Source: a virus (Duplodnaviria > Caudoviricetes). From it: a stretch of 64,000 nt of DNA. Of the stretch, positions 20,130-28,470 are shown in pieces. The notes under the pieces were generated by a model. The model worked only from the letters and a program-made list of their open reading frames with translations, was not told the DNA's origin and searched no databases. How positions within the stretch are numbered: position 1 is the stretch's first letter; each line of letters begins with the position of its first letter. Where the stretch lies: positions 1 to 64,000 of IMG/VR virus record IMGVR_UViG_3300028549_000249. One strand, given 5' to 3'. The translations under genes were made by a program, and so were the position numbers.

Positions 20130-20665
20130 AGGTAATCTTAGATCCTGGACATGGGATGGGCAACGTCAAGCGCGGACGCTACGATTCAGGTGCCACCTCG
20201 CATGGAGTCGAGGAAGCCTCAGTCGCAATAGACTGGGTAAACGAGCTTCGCACCATGCTTCGCAGCAAAGGCCATTCAGCTACCCGCACGCGCGTTGACG
20301 CCAAGGACCCTTGCCCTGTGTCGAGGCGCGATGACATCGCAGTTAGTTACGGCGGCGACCTGATGGTCTCCATTCACTGCAACTCTGGAGGAGGCACCGG
20401 ATCGGAGGTGTTCTTCCGTGGTGAGAACGATAGGGCGCTGGCGCAGCGGTTGTCCGCTACTGTGAGTGCCGGACTTGGACTCAGAGACCGTGGCGCGAAG
20501 ACAGAGGAGGAATCACAGCACACCTCGCTTGCCGTCATGGAGTTTGATAAGTGCTGGCTGATCGAACTTGGGTTCATCGACAACGACATTGACCGGAAGA
20601 AAATGCTCGACCCCGCCCTAAGGAAATCTACTTGCGAGGCTCTGGTTCGGGTGATTACGGGCTGA
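20126..20665 (+). CDS. endolysin, N-acetylmuramoyl-L-alanine amidase (Amidase_3)
   Basis: ILDPGHG, E (GVEEA), VSIHCNS, LIELGFIDN Zn/catalytic motifs. Confidence 0.92.
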   Translation: MKVILDPGHGMGNVKRGRYDSGATSHGVEEASVAIDWVNELRTMLRSKGHSATRTRVDAKDPCPVSRRDDIAVSYGGDLMVSIHCNSGGGTGSEVFFRGENDRALAQRLSATVSAGLGLRDRGAKTEEESQHTSLAVMEFDKCWLIELGFIDNDIDRKKMLDPALRKSTCEALVRVITG

Positions 20666-20753
20666 GAATGAATTTGACCGTCGGTCAAATCAGATTCACT
20701 CTAACAGAAATTTCAGATTAGCCAAAATACAGTTCTGTTAGGGAAAGACCTGA

Positions 20754-20912
20754 AAACCGTCAAATTCTACCCGTGGAACTGAAAACCCACATGTTCCACG
20801 AAAATCGATACCCCTAGATTGCTCTAGGATTCGTTTCCTCGGCTCGACCCTCACATCTGCGGTGGGTTGTCGGAATCGGAAAACAAAACGATCCTGGACG
20901 AAATCGACTTTT
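20754..20912. repeat. long direct repeat, copy 1 (~160 bp; first 78 bp identical to 42219-42296)
   Basis: Base-by-base comparison; second conserved block GGGTTGTCGGAAT...AAAACAAAACGATCCTGGACGAAATCGACTTT. Confidence 0.95.
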
Positions 20913-21048
20913 CTGTTATTCTGTTAGAAATAAGTTAGGCTTTTCTGCTAGGTTCAGGTTATACTTTGTCTTGCAAAGGTTTTTGTATAGGCTATGCTCA
21001 GAGGTGCGGGCGATCCGCGCACCACACGAATCAACACCCACAAACACC

Positions 21049-21273
21049 ATGAGTCGTAAACCAAGGCCAGTCGTCCTGCTTCCCGAAGATGTAGCTTTTT
21101 GGAAGGAGACCACCGAACGCGAAGTGTTCGTTACCGCTGATCGTTTATGTAAGCACTACGCGAAGCTCGGCAAGGAGGTCCGAGTCGTGTGGCAGTCAAC
21201 CCATTGCATCTCGGTCACGCCTATCAGTCCAGTGGCGGTGGTTGCCGTTAGGAAGAGGACGAGAAATTTCTGA
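21049..21273 (+). CDS. small protein ending VRKRTRNF
   Basis: ATG 21049 after the promoter at 20971 and an AC-rich leader. Confidence 0.65.
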   Translation: MSRKPRPVVLLPEDVAFWKETTEREVFVTADRLCKHYAKLGKEVRVVWQSTHCISVTPISPVAVVAVRKRTRNF

Positions 21274-21344
21274 CTTTATTCTTGCAAAGGATAAATCCAT
21301 AGGCTAGTCTACACCTGCCCATTGATAGAGGGGCAATTCAAAAC

Positions 21345-22985
21345 ATGAACGCAACAAAATACCAGCAGGAGTTCGGCACGCTTAGTGCCGCAGGCGTAGC
21401 GGTGGTCGCTACAAGAACCCGTGAACCCTTCCGGTGCATCGATGCGCTTCGAGGATGGGCATTCACTAAAGACATCCCCTTCGGTCTCTGGAACGTCAGA
21501 GACGGTTGGATGCAGGAGCTACCGTCCGACGACCCAGACAAGGTGCCGACCAAGGATCAGGTGGTGGATATGTATAAGGCCCTTATGATGATCCTCGACG
21601 TTCCCAGTAACGGTAAGAACGCGAAGAAGTCCGGTGTCTATGTCATGCACGCCCCCCACCACTGGTTAGGCAAGCATCCAGGAATCATCGAGTGCCTCCG
21701 CAACTATGTCCGAGACATGGGTGAGAGTCCTAAGCTCAGAATCGTGCTGGTCATGCCAGAAGGTCAGACCTTGCCAGATGATCTGAAACACGACATCCCG
21801 ATTCTCGACTTCGACCTCCCCGACTTCGATGAGCGGATGGACATCTTCGATTACGTGATAGAGTCTTCAACTCCACAAGGGCAAGAGGTTCCGTCGCTGT
21901 TCACCGAAGTCCAACTTCAGACGGTGGTCGGTTCGGCGGGCGGGATGACCCAAATGGAGACGGAAGTCGCCTTCTCGAAAGCCGTAGTGCTTCAGCGCCC
22001 AGCATGGCCTAACCTCGACTTCCACGAGTTCAACCGCTGCGTGTTAGACGCCAAGACGGAGATCGTGAAGAACTCGGAGGTGTTAGAGATGATGGAGCCC
22101 GTGCCGATGAATGAAGTCGGCGGACTTGAAGTCTACAAAGCTTGGATCACTGAAGCTGCACTCTGCTTCGGACCAGAAGCCGAGGAGTTCGGAGTCGATG
22201 CACCGAAGGGGGTGGTAGTCATCGGTTCGCCCGGGACAGGTAAGTCACTCGTCGCCAAAGCAACCGCAGCGGTGCTGAGGATGCCTCTGGTGAAGTTCGA
22301 TGTTAGTCGCCTGTTCGCCTCCCTTGTCGGCCAGTCCGAGGAGAGAACGCGAGGCGCTATCAAGATGCTTGAGGCGCTGTCACCATGCGTGGCATTCGTG
22401 GACGAGATCGATAAGGGACTCGGTGGCGCACACCAAGGCGGAGGCGACTCCGGTGTGTCGAAGCGCGTGCTGGGTGCAATCCTCACAGCAATGCAGGAGT
22501 CAAAGTCTCCTATCTTCTGGATTGCATCAGCTAACCGCACGGATGGACTTCCGTCCGAGCTTCTCCGCAAGGGCCGCTTTGACGAAGTGTTTGCTGTGCT
22601 CTCGCCTAACCGCACGGAACGCGAAGCGATCTTTAAGATCCACCTGAAGAAGAGGAAACAGGACATCGACTCTATCGATGACCTCGACGTCGCTGTCGAA
22701 GCATCACAAGGCTACGTCGGCGCGGAAATCGAAGCCGCATGTAAGGAGGCAGTCAAGGTGGCCTACGTCCGTAAGGTCGTTGTGTCCGGCGCTCTTCTAG
22801 CTGAGCAGCTCGGAATGATGAAGCCGCTCCGCGAAGCCTTCCCAGAAGACATCGCTCGGATGGAAGGATGGGCCGAGAACAACGCACGCAACGCATCCCT
22901 AACTATCGAAGCCGAGGCTTTGGCCAGCGATGAGGCTACGCCGATCCATAAGCGCGTCCGCCGCCGCCGCTCGGTGGGTGAATAA
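21345..22985 (+). CDS. Ycf46-like AAA+ ATPase
   Basis: Degenerate N-terminal AAA domain; GSPGTGKS Walker A; VAFVDEIDK Walker B; ANR...LPSELLRKGRFDE SRH; W...ARNAS C-terminus. Confidence 0.85.
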   Translation: MNATKYQQEFGTLSAAGVAVVATRTREPFRCIDALRGWAFTKDIPFGLWNVRDGWMQELPSDDPDKVPTKDQVVDMYKALMMILDVPSNGKNAKKSGVYVMHAPHHWLGKHPGIIECLRNYVRDMGESPKLRIVLVMPEGQTLPDDLKHDIPILDFDLPDFDERMDIFDYVIESSTPQGQEVPSLFTEVQLQTVVGSAGGMTQMETEVAFSKAVVLQRPAWPNLDFHEFNRCVLDAKTEIVKNSEVLEMMEPVPMNEVGGLEVYKAWITEAALCFGPEAEEFGVDAPKGVVVIGSPGTGKSLVAKATAAVLRMPLVKFDVSRLFASLVGQSEERTRGAIKMLEALSPCVAFVDEIDKGLGGAHQGGGDSGVSKRVLGAILTAMQESKSPIFWIASANRTDGLPSELLRKGRFDEVFAVLSPNRTEREAIFKIHLKKRKQDIDSIDDLDVAVEASQGYVGAEIEAACKEAVKVAYVRKVVVSGALLAEQLGMMKPLREAFPEDIARMEGWAENNARNASLTIEAEALASDEATPIHKRVRRRRSVGE

Positions 22986-23007
22986 TCCAACCCCAACTAA
23001 CACCACA

Positions 23008-23658
23008 ATGAAAAATATAATCAAGACCCTATCAGGTCAGGTCAACCTTCTGAAACAGTCGGCTAAGGTGTGCATCTTCCACGCCCCGCGAAGGGGCAGC
23101 AAGGGCCATTCCGAAGTCTATCTGGATAAGGCCTCTACCTCTGGTGTCACTGGTGGCGAGGATGGGGTGGTCACCCGAATTGGGTTCCCCACTCCGTTCC
23201 CGTCAGTTCCGGGATGCTCCACCGAAGTCGCAGGTCAGATGTTCATGCAGTCCTTCGGCATCGAAGAGGGGGAAGTGATTAAGGTGTTCGTCACCTGTAG
23301 GCGCGGATGGGGCAAGCTCCCACTCGTTGGTTCGGTGTTCCTCCGTGCCCGCAAGGACGCCGCTTACCGCAAGGTGTCCTTCGTGATGATCGACCACCCA
23401 GACGTCGCTTTCCGTGAGTCAACTGTCGAAGGCAACCTCGACATCCTAACATTGAAGGATGTCTTGGCCTTAGGTGTCCACGTTCCGGTGCCTTACCGTC
23501 CCATGGCCGAACAGCACGTAGTTGACCGCCTGATCACCAAGGACCTGATTGTCGAGCCTGAGCATTGTGCTCCTATCAAATATACAGACAAGGTGATCTC
23601 AGACGGCACTACCGTTAAGACCATTACCGTCCGCAAGCGGAGGCGCGTGATCGAATAA
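23008..23658 (+). CDS. hypothetical protein ending VRKRRRVIE
   Basis: ATG 23008 after an AACACCACA leader. Confidence 0.7.
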   Translation: MKNIIKTLSGQVNLLKQSAKVCIFHAPRRGSKGHSEVYLDKASTSGVTGGEDGVVTRIGFPTPFPSVPGCSTEVAGQMFMQSFGIEEGEVIKVFVTCRRGWGKLPLVGSVFLRARKDAAYRKVSFVMIDHPDVAFRESTVEGNLDILTLKDVLALGVHVPVPYRPMAEQHVVDRLITKDLIVEPEHCAPIKYTDKVISDGTTVKTITVRKRRRVIE

Positions 23659-23764
23659 TTTGACCGTCGTTCAAACTCTAACACTAAGAAATAATCTTGC
23701 AAAGGTTTCGCCTTTAGTCTACTATAAACCATAGCGGGAATCCACTGATCGAATCCACAATAAC

Positions 23765-24364
23765 ATGAGCCATACTATTACAGCCAAGTCCGTGCCTATC
23801 CGCTCGAAGAGTGCGATTAGGCAAGCCGTTGCCAACCTCATCGCCAGCGGCATTAACGTCGTTCTGGAAGAGAACGCCAAGCCGAGGGGTTATTACCGAA
23901 ACCAGATCAAACGTCAGGTGATCGACTTGATGGACACCGACAACAAGGAGGCCGCACGTAAGGCATCCGAGGGGTTCCAATACAACGAGGACCCAGACGT
24001 CTGCGACTTCGTGATCCGCTGCCCAGAGTCCTACTATGACGTCGGTCTCATCCGCCACGAAGACGGACACTACGTCCCCTACTTCGATAACTATCAGAGT
24101 GGTCCACGCGACACTCCTGAGTTCCACACTGGCAAGGAATCGGGTCCGATCTCTAACACGCTTGGGACAGGCAAGGGCGGGAATGCTGGCCACTGGAACG
24201 GTCTGCGGGATTCCTCTGACGTCGTGCTCCATAGCATCGGCAAGTTCCTCCAAGAATACACCAAGGAGGCAACCATCGAAGCCGCCTGCGCTGCGGGCCA
24301 GTCCATCGAATCCATGACAACGGACGATGATGGCAACATCCACCTCGTCCTTTCTGTTGACTGA
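23765..24364 (+). CDS. DUF1257 (Ycf35-like) protein
   Basis: MSH start, PRGYY, DFVI...YDVGL, Y..EATIEAA..AG.....DDDGNIHLVL; next to the Ycf46-like and DUF2997-like genes. Confidence 0.7.
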   Translation: MSHTITAKSVPIRSKSAIRQAVANLIASGINVVLEENAKPRGYYRNQIKRQVIDLMDTDNKEAARKASEGFQYNEDPDVCDFVIRCPESYYDVGLIRHEDGHYVPYFDNYQSGPRDTPEFHTGKESGPISNTLGTGKGGNAGHWNGLRDSSDVVLHSIGKFLQEYTKEATIEAACAAGQSIESMTTDDDGNIHLVLSVD

Positions 24365-24396
24365 TTCTCACCAAACAACTCTAACAGAATAAGACC

Positions 24397-24600
24397 ATGA
24401 GTAAATCAGTAACAGTCAAGATCGATGTCCTAGGTCGCCCGACCATCGAAGCGGTAGGCTTCTCCGGTTACGGGTGCAAGCAGGCCACACAGCACCTCGT
24501 AGATGCGCTGTCGCATCGTGGCGAAGGAATTGTCGAAGTCGAGAAGCCAGAGCTTCACTACGCCGAAGAAGAGCCCCAAGAGATGCACTTGGGAATGTAA
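24397..24600 (+). CDS. DUF2997-like protein
   Basis: VTVKIDVLGRPTIEAVGFSGYGCKQATQHL matches the DUF2997 pattern. Confidence 0.75.
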   Translation: MSKSVTVKIDVLGRPTIEAVGFSGYGCKQATQHLVDALSHRGEGIVEVEKPELHYAEEEPQEMHLGM

Positions 24601-24625
24601 CCTAACAACGAAGGAACTCCACACC

Positions 24626-25042
24626 TTGTCCCAAGTAATTACCATCTCGCCCGTCGGTTCCATCCTCGCCCTCAAAGCCAAGCGCGGCGAAGGTCTGGAC
24701 CTCCGCTCTCTCGGTCCTGTTGAAATCAGGCGCGTCACCATGATTGAGTTCTCTGAGACCTATCAGCTGTGGATGATCCGCTGGGAGGATTGTATGGGGA
24801 ACGCCATTTGGACTGTCGGCCACCTACGCTCGTTAGGTGTGTCGGTCCTCCTGACCCCAACATGCACCACAGTCGGAAACGCCCACTATCGATACGTCAA
24901 TGTCGATTGCGCTCACATCCTCGGAAGGACGGACACCAGCCTCGAAGACGGGGTGATCTCCTTCCTAGAATATGAGGATGCCGTTGCCGTGGAAGTGGCA
25001 GTGATCAAACAGCTTCAACTCTCAGGAAAATTTGTTCGGTAA
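24626..25042 (+). CDS. hypothetical protein
   Basis: Probable TTG start (MSQVITISPVGS...) within track ORF 24503..25042. Confidence 0.55.
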   Translation: MSQVITISPVGSILALKAKRGEGLDLRSLGPVEIRRVTMIEFSETYQLWMIRWEDCMGNAIWTVGHLRSLGVSVLLTPTCTTVGNAHYRYVNVDCAHILGRTDTSLEDGVISFLEYEDAVAVEVAVIKQLQLSGKFVR

Positions 25043-25057
25043 TTGTGGAGTTCCGTC

Positions 25058-25094
25058 AAAAAAAAGCTCGGTGGGGATTCCTCCTCACCGAGCT
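25058..25094 (-). terminator. minus-strand intrinsic terminator
   Basis: A8 at 25058-25065 followed by stem GCTCGGTGGGGA/TCCTCACCGAGC on the + strand. Confidence 0.75.
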
Positions 25095-25128
25095 AAGTTT
25101 AACATGAAACTGGAACGCAAAACCAGTT
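25058..25128 (-). ncRNA. candidate ~70-nt antisense RNA upstream of the replication initiator
   Basis: Minus-strand promoter TTGACT-16-TAGTTT (25162->25135); 5' hairpin AACTGG/CCAGTT; 12-bp terminator stem (25066-25093) followed by U8. Confidence 0.55.
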
Positions 25129-25217
25129 GGCCACAAACTACTCGAAATATCGCTCCAGTCAAAGCAATTCTTTACCCTGACCGACCTTCATGGTTGAATC
25201 TCAAACCGCATGAATAA
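25104..25217 (+). CDS. candidate leader peptide (37 aa) overlapping the initiator start
   Basis: MKLERKTSW...LKPHE*; its stop overlaps ATG 25210; its start codon lies under the antisense RNA candidate. Confidence 0.35.
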   Translation: MKLERKTSWPQTTRNIAPVKAILYPDRPSWLNLKPHE

Positions 25218-26610
25218 TCCCAAGGAACGCAATCCTTCACTCTCATCGCCTGTCTTCTACCGCGACTGGTCTCAGACCATAGACCGCCTCTGGCAGGGGC
25301 ACCTCACCCCATTCGAGTTCGCGATTATACGCTTCATCTTCGACCGCACCGTGGGGTGGGGTAAGGAGTGGGAAAGGATACCACTCCGCCATTTTACAGA
25401 GGGCGTGATTTCTAAAGATGACAAGTGCCACGGGCGCTCATGCCTCAAGCCGACGGCGGTGAAGGCTGCGCTGGCTTCTCTGAGCGAAAAGGGAGCCATC
25501 CTGATCCAGCACGAATCCAACTGTAACCACTACTCCCTCAACTACGAATGGACCCCTATGAAGACCCCAAAACGATTGAAAACAGCCGAGAAGGAGGATT
25601 CTCTTAGTTGGTCGGATGGCGACTATCCCGTTGGTCGCGTGGCGACTAACTGCAAGTCGCGTGGCGACCATCATAAGAGGGATAAAGGAAAGAGCCTTCG
25701 GAAACCTCAAGATGCCGCAACCGCTGACGCGGTTGACGTATCTTCGGGAAGGGGAGAGATGAAAATCGAAACCAGAGCAGAACTGGAAGCATCGCTGAAG
25801 AAGGTCGAGTCCGCTTCTCGTGCAAAGCGGGATGCAAAGAAGCAGGATGGTAAACTCATCCGAGGTGACTCCGGTCGGGTCCCGTCCCTTTCCGCCATGA
25901 GACGAATCTGGGCCGACTTTCACTCCGCGCACTGCAAGCAGGTGCCTCACACTGCACTACCTAACAAATCACTGTTCATGCTCCAGTCTTACGCGAAGGA
26001 GTGGAACCTCCGCCATGAGGGTGTCGAGTGGGTGGACTTCCTTGGATGGGTGTTCGAGAACTGGGATGCGATCACCCGCACCTCGTTCCGGTGGATGTCA
26101 CCAAAGCCGATCTGCCCTGATCCTCATCTCGTCGCCTCAGCGAAGCTCCGAGTCTATCTGGAGGATGGATGGAATCACCGCGAAACCATTAGGGCCATCT
26201 ATGCGCTCCCACCAAGGGAACGTGAGATCCGGTTTCTTATGTTAGAGCGCGGGATGTCTCGTGAGGTAGCCGAGAAGTGGGCCACGGCGCGGAAGGATCA
26301 AGATGCCAAGATCGATGAGTTGGCTGCCGAGCATCGCAAGCTGGAAGTCGCCAAGAAATCGTTAGCCCTTGAGCGGACTGCGATGAGTGCTACAGCACGA
26401 CGCATCAAGGATCAAATTGACCGTCGGTCAAGTGAGCGGGCGGGTCTGAATGCCATGACCGAAGAGGATGAGGCTTCCATCGAAGAGGGCATGAGGATCG
26501 GTCTCCGCAAGCGGCTGGCTGCCGACGCTAAAGAGCGCGAGAAGGAAGAGCATGTCAAAGCCCCTAGTCCGAAAATTGAGATCCCCATGTCATTCCCTAA
26601 GTGGGACTAA
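25210..26610 (+). CDS. replication initiator, lambda O-like N-terminal wHTH
   Basis: LTPFEFAIIRFIFDRTVGWGKEWERIPLRHF resembles the Phage_rep_O N-terminus; precedes loader and DnaB; carries internal iterons. Confidence 0.7.
   Translation: MNNPKERNPSLSSPVFYRDWSQTIDRLWQGHLTPFEFAIIRFIFDRTVGWGKEWERIPLRHFTEGVISKDDKCHGRSCLKPTAVKAALASLSEKGAILIQHESNCNHYSLNYEWTPMKTPKRLKTAEKEDSLSWSDGDYPVGRVATNCKSRGDHHKRDKGKSLRKPQDAATADAVDVSSGRGEMKIETRAELEASLKKVESASRAKRDAKKQDGKLIRGDSGRVPSLSAMRRIWADFHSAHCKQVPHTALPNKSLFMLQSYAKEWNLRHEGVEWVDFLGWVFENWDAITRTSFRWMSPKPICPDPHLVASAKLRVYLEDGWNHRETIRAIYALPPREREIRFLMLERGMSREVAEKWATARKDQDAKIDELAAEHRKLEVAKKSLALERTAMSATARRIKDQIDRRSSERAGLNAMTEEDEASIEEGMRIGLRKRLAADAKEREKEEHVKAPSPKIEIPMSFPKWD
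25609..25670. repeat. three 17-bp iterons (candidate replication origin)
   Basis: TGGTCGGATGGCGACTA (25609), TGGTCGCGTGGCGACTA (25632), AAGTCGCGTGGCGACCA (25654); 22-23 bp period; internal GTCGC/GCGAC dyad; purine-rich run follows. Confidence 0.7.
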
Positions 26611-26623
26611 CCTTCTAACAAAA

Positions 26624-27154
26624 ATGCAAAAAAGAACCGACGAACAAATCATTGAGGCACTCGCACTAGCTGGGGTGCCAAAACTATACCGAAGAAAAGA
26701 CGTAGGGTTAAAGGCGTCGTGTGGTGTGATCGGTAACTCGCTGTCTGAGTTGCTAAAGGCTGGAGGACATAGGGGTCTGCTAGAGGGCGGGGTGATCGAA
26801 ATCCGTGGGACCTCTGTTGAGACTACAAAGGCATTCTACTTATTGGTTAGGGAGCTTGTAGTTCGTAACATGCCAGCGTCGGTGCTGTTCGCTGAGGACC
26901 TGCGTCCTTCTCGAATCACCGATGACATATACACTCAGCTTCTTGAGTATAAGATTCTAGCTGTGGAAGGGCTAACCCCGCATAAGTGCAATCCGTTCGG
27001 TGCCGAGGCTCAAACCGTGGAATATCGTCTCCGACGATGGTTGGATCAGGGTTTAGGTCTTATTATTTTGACCGATGGTCAAATTTCAGATTGCGGTGTG
27101 TGGAGCAAACGATTCTGTGATCTCCTCGAAGAAAGAAAAATCTCACTATTCTAA
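26624..27154 (+). CDS. degenerate DnaC/IstB-like helicase loader
   Basis: Sits between initiator and DnaB; GVPKLY N-terminus and LIILT strand; no intact Walker A. Confidence 0.45.
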   Translation: MQKRTDEQIIEALALAGVPKLYRRKDVGLKASCGVIGNSLSELLKAGGHRGLLEGGVIEIRGTSVETTKAFYLLVRELVVRNMPASVLFAEDLRPSRITDDIYTQLLEYKILAVEGLTPHKCNPFGAEAQTVEYRLRRWLDQGLGLIILTDGQISDCGVWSKRFCDLLEERKISLF

Positions 27155-27156
27155 CA

Positions 27157-28425
27157 ATGTCAGCAGGAAAGAAATTCATACGGGCGGCGATTGAGGCTGG
27201 CGACCATAAGGCACTACGGAGAGCTGACCGTGATTGGTTCCGAGACGAGGAGCAGGCTGCCTTCGACTACGCCACCAAACACCTGAAGAATTACGGCTCC
27301 CTTCCCGCCGTGGATGTCATGGCAGCGGAGGGCCACCCTCTGCCTCCTACCAAAGGCAATGTTAGCACACAATACTGCTTGGATGTAGTTCGCCGACGCC
27401 ATGCCTACAATGCCGTGAATGATCGGCACCCTCAGTTGGTCGAGTGCATGAAGAACAAAGACTTCGATGGTCTCCTCGACACGCTCCGAGTGATGAACAA
27501 AGAAGCGTCCTCCGTTCTCGAATCAGATAATTACGTCACCCTTAGTGAGGAGTTAGATGCTGTGGTGGCTGATTACCAGCAGGCCAAATACAATCCCGGA
27601 CTTCAGGGCGTGGCGTTCGGCTGGAAGACGCTGGACGATGCCACAAGCGGAGCGCAGGGCGGTGACTTGATCGTGGTCGCTGGTAGGCCATCGTTAGGGA
27701 AGTCGTGGATGCTCTTGCAGATGGCGCGTCAGGCATCGTTGCAGGGGAAGAAGGTTTCCTTCACCTCCATGGAGATGAGCCTAACCCAAATCGCCCGCCG
27801 CTGGCTGGGACTCCACATGGCAGTCAACCCTAACCTGATCAAGGAGGGCGAGTTGTCAACTTGGGGTGAGGAGCGGATGATGAAGATGGTGGATGAGATT
27901 AAGGATGGCGCTCAGGTGAACTTGCTGGCGGGCGACATGAGCAAGAAGGTGTCCGGTATCGAAAACATGCTACTTGAGTTTGACTCAGACATCCTGTTCG
28001 TGGACGCCGCCTACTTGCTCTCCCCTTCCGGTGCGAAGAAGGGATACATCTCACGGTGGGAAGCGATCTCTGAGGTGGTCCGTGAACTCAAGGCGCTCGC
28101 ACTTCGGGTGAATAAGCCAATCGTGATCTCAGTCCAGTTTAACCGGAACCAGACTAACAACTCAACCAAGGAGCCTGACCTGTCGGACATCGCGGGTTCG
28201 GACTCCATCCCACAAGACGCGAGTATCGTGCTGGGTATCCGCAAAGGACCAGCGCCTAACCAGAATTGCCAGCGGATCATCGACTGCATGAAGAACCGAG
28301 AAGGTGACACACCGCGCTTCGCCACCGCCTTCTCATTCGCTCCAGTCAACTTCGATGAGGTGCCTCTGGTATCTGGTAACGATAACACCGCCGCTGAGAC
28401 CTTCGACTCGTCGTGGATGGAATGA
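27157..28425 (+). CDS. dnaB: replicative DNA helicase, DnaB family
   Basis: VVAGRPSLGKS, SMEM, ILFVDAAYLL, VQFNR, DSIPQDA, KNREG. Confidence 0.93.
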   Translation: MSAGKKFIRAAIEAGDHKALRRADRDWFRDEEQAAFDYATKHLKNYGSLPAVDVMAAEGHPLPPTKGNVSTQYCLDVVRRRHAYNAVNDRHPQLVECMKNKDFDGLLDTLRVMNKEASSVLESDNYVTLSEELDAVVADYQQAKYNPGLQGVAFGWKTLDDATSGAQGGDLIVVAGRPSLGKSWMLLQMARQASLQGKKVSFTSMEMSLTQIARRWLGLHMAVNPNLIKEGELSTWGEERMMKMVDEIKDGAQVNLLAGDMSKKVSGIENMLLEFDSDILFVDAAYLLSPSGAKKGYISRWEAISEVVRELKALALRVNKPIVISVQFNRNQTNNSTKEPDLSDIAGSDSIPQDASIVLGIRKGPAPNQNCQRIIDCMKNREGDTPRFATAFSFAPVNFDEVPLVSGNDNTAAETFDSSWME

Positions 28426-28470
28426 ATGCTTGCAAAGGATTAAGACCTAGAACATGATACGCAAAACGCA

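Noticed and set aside
25032-25103. TTG-start extension of the leader ORF
   Set aside because: It runs through the A8/hairpin and overlaps the previous stop; ATG 25104 is more plausible
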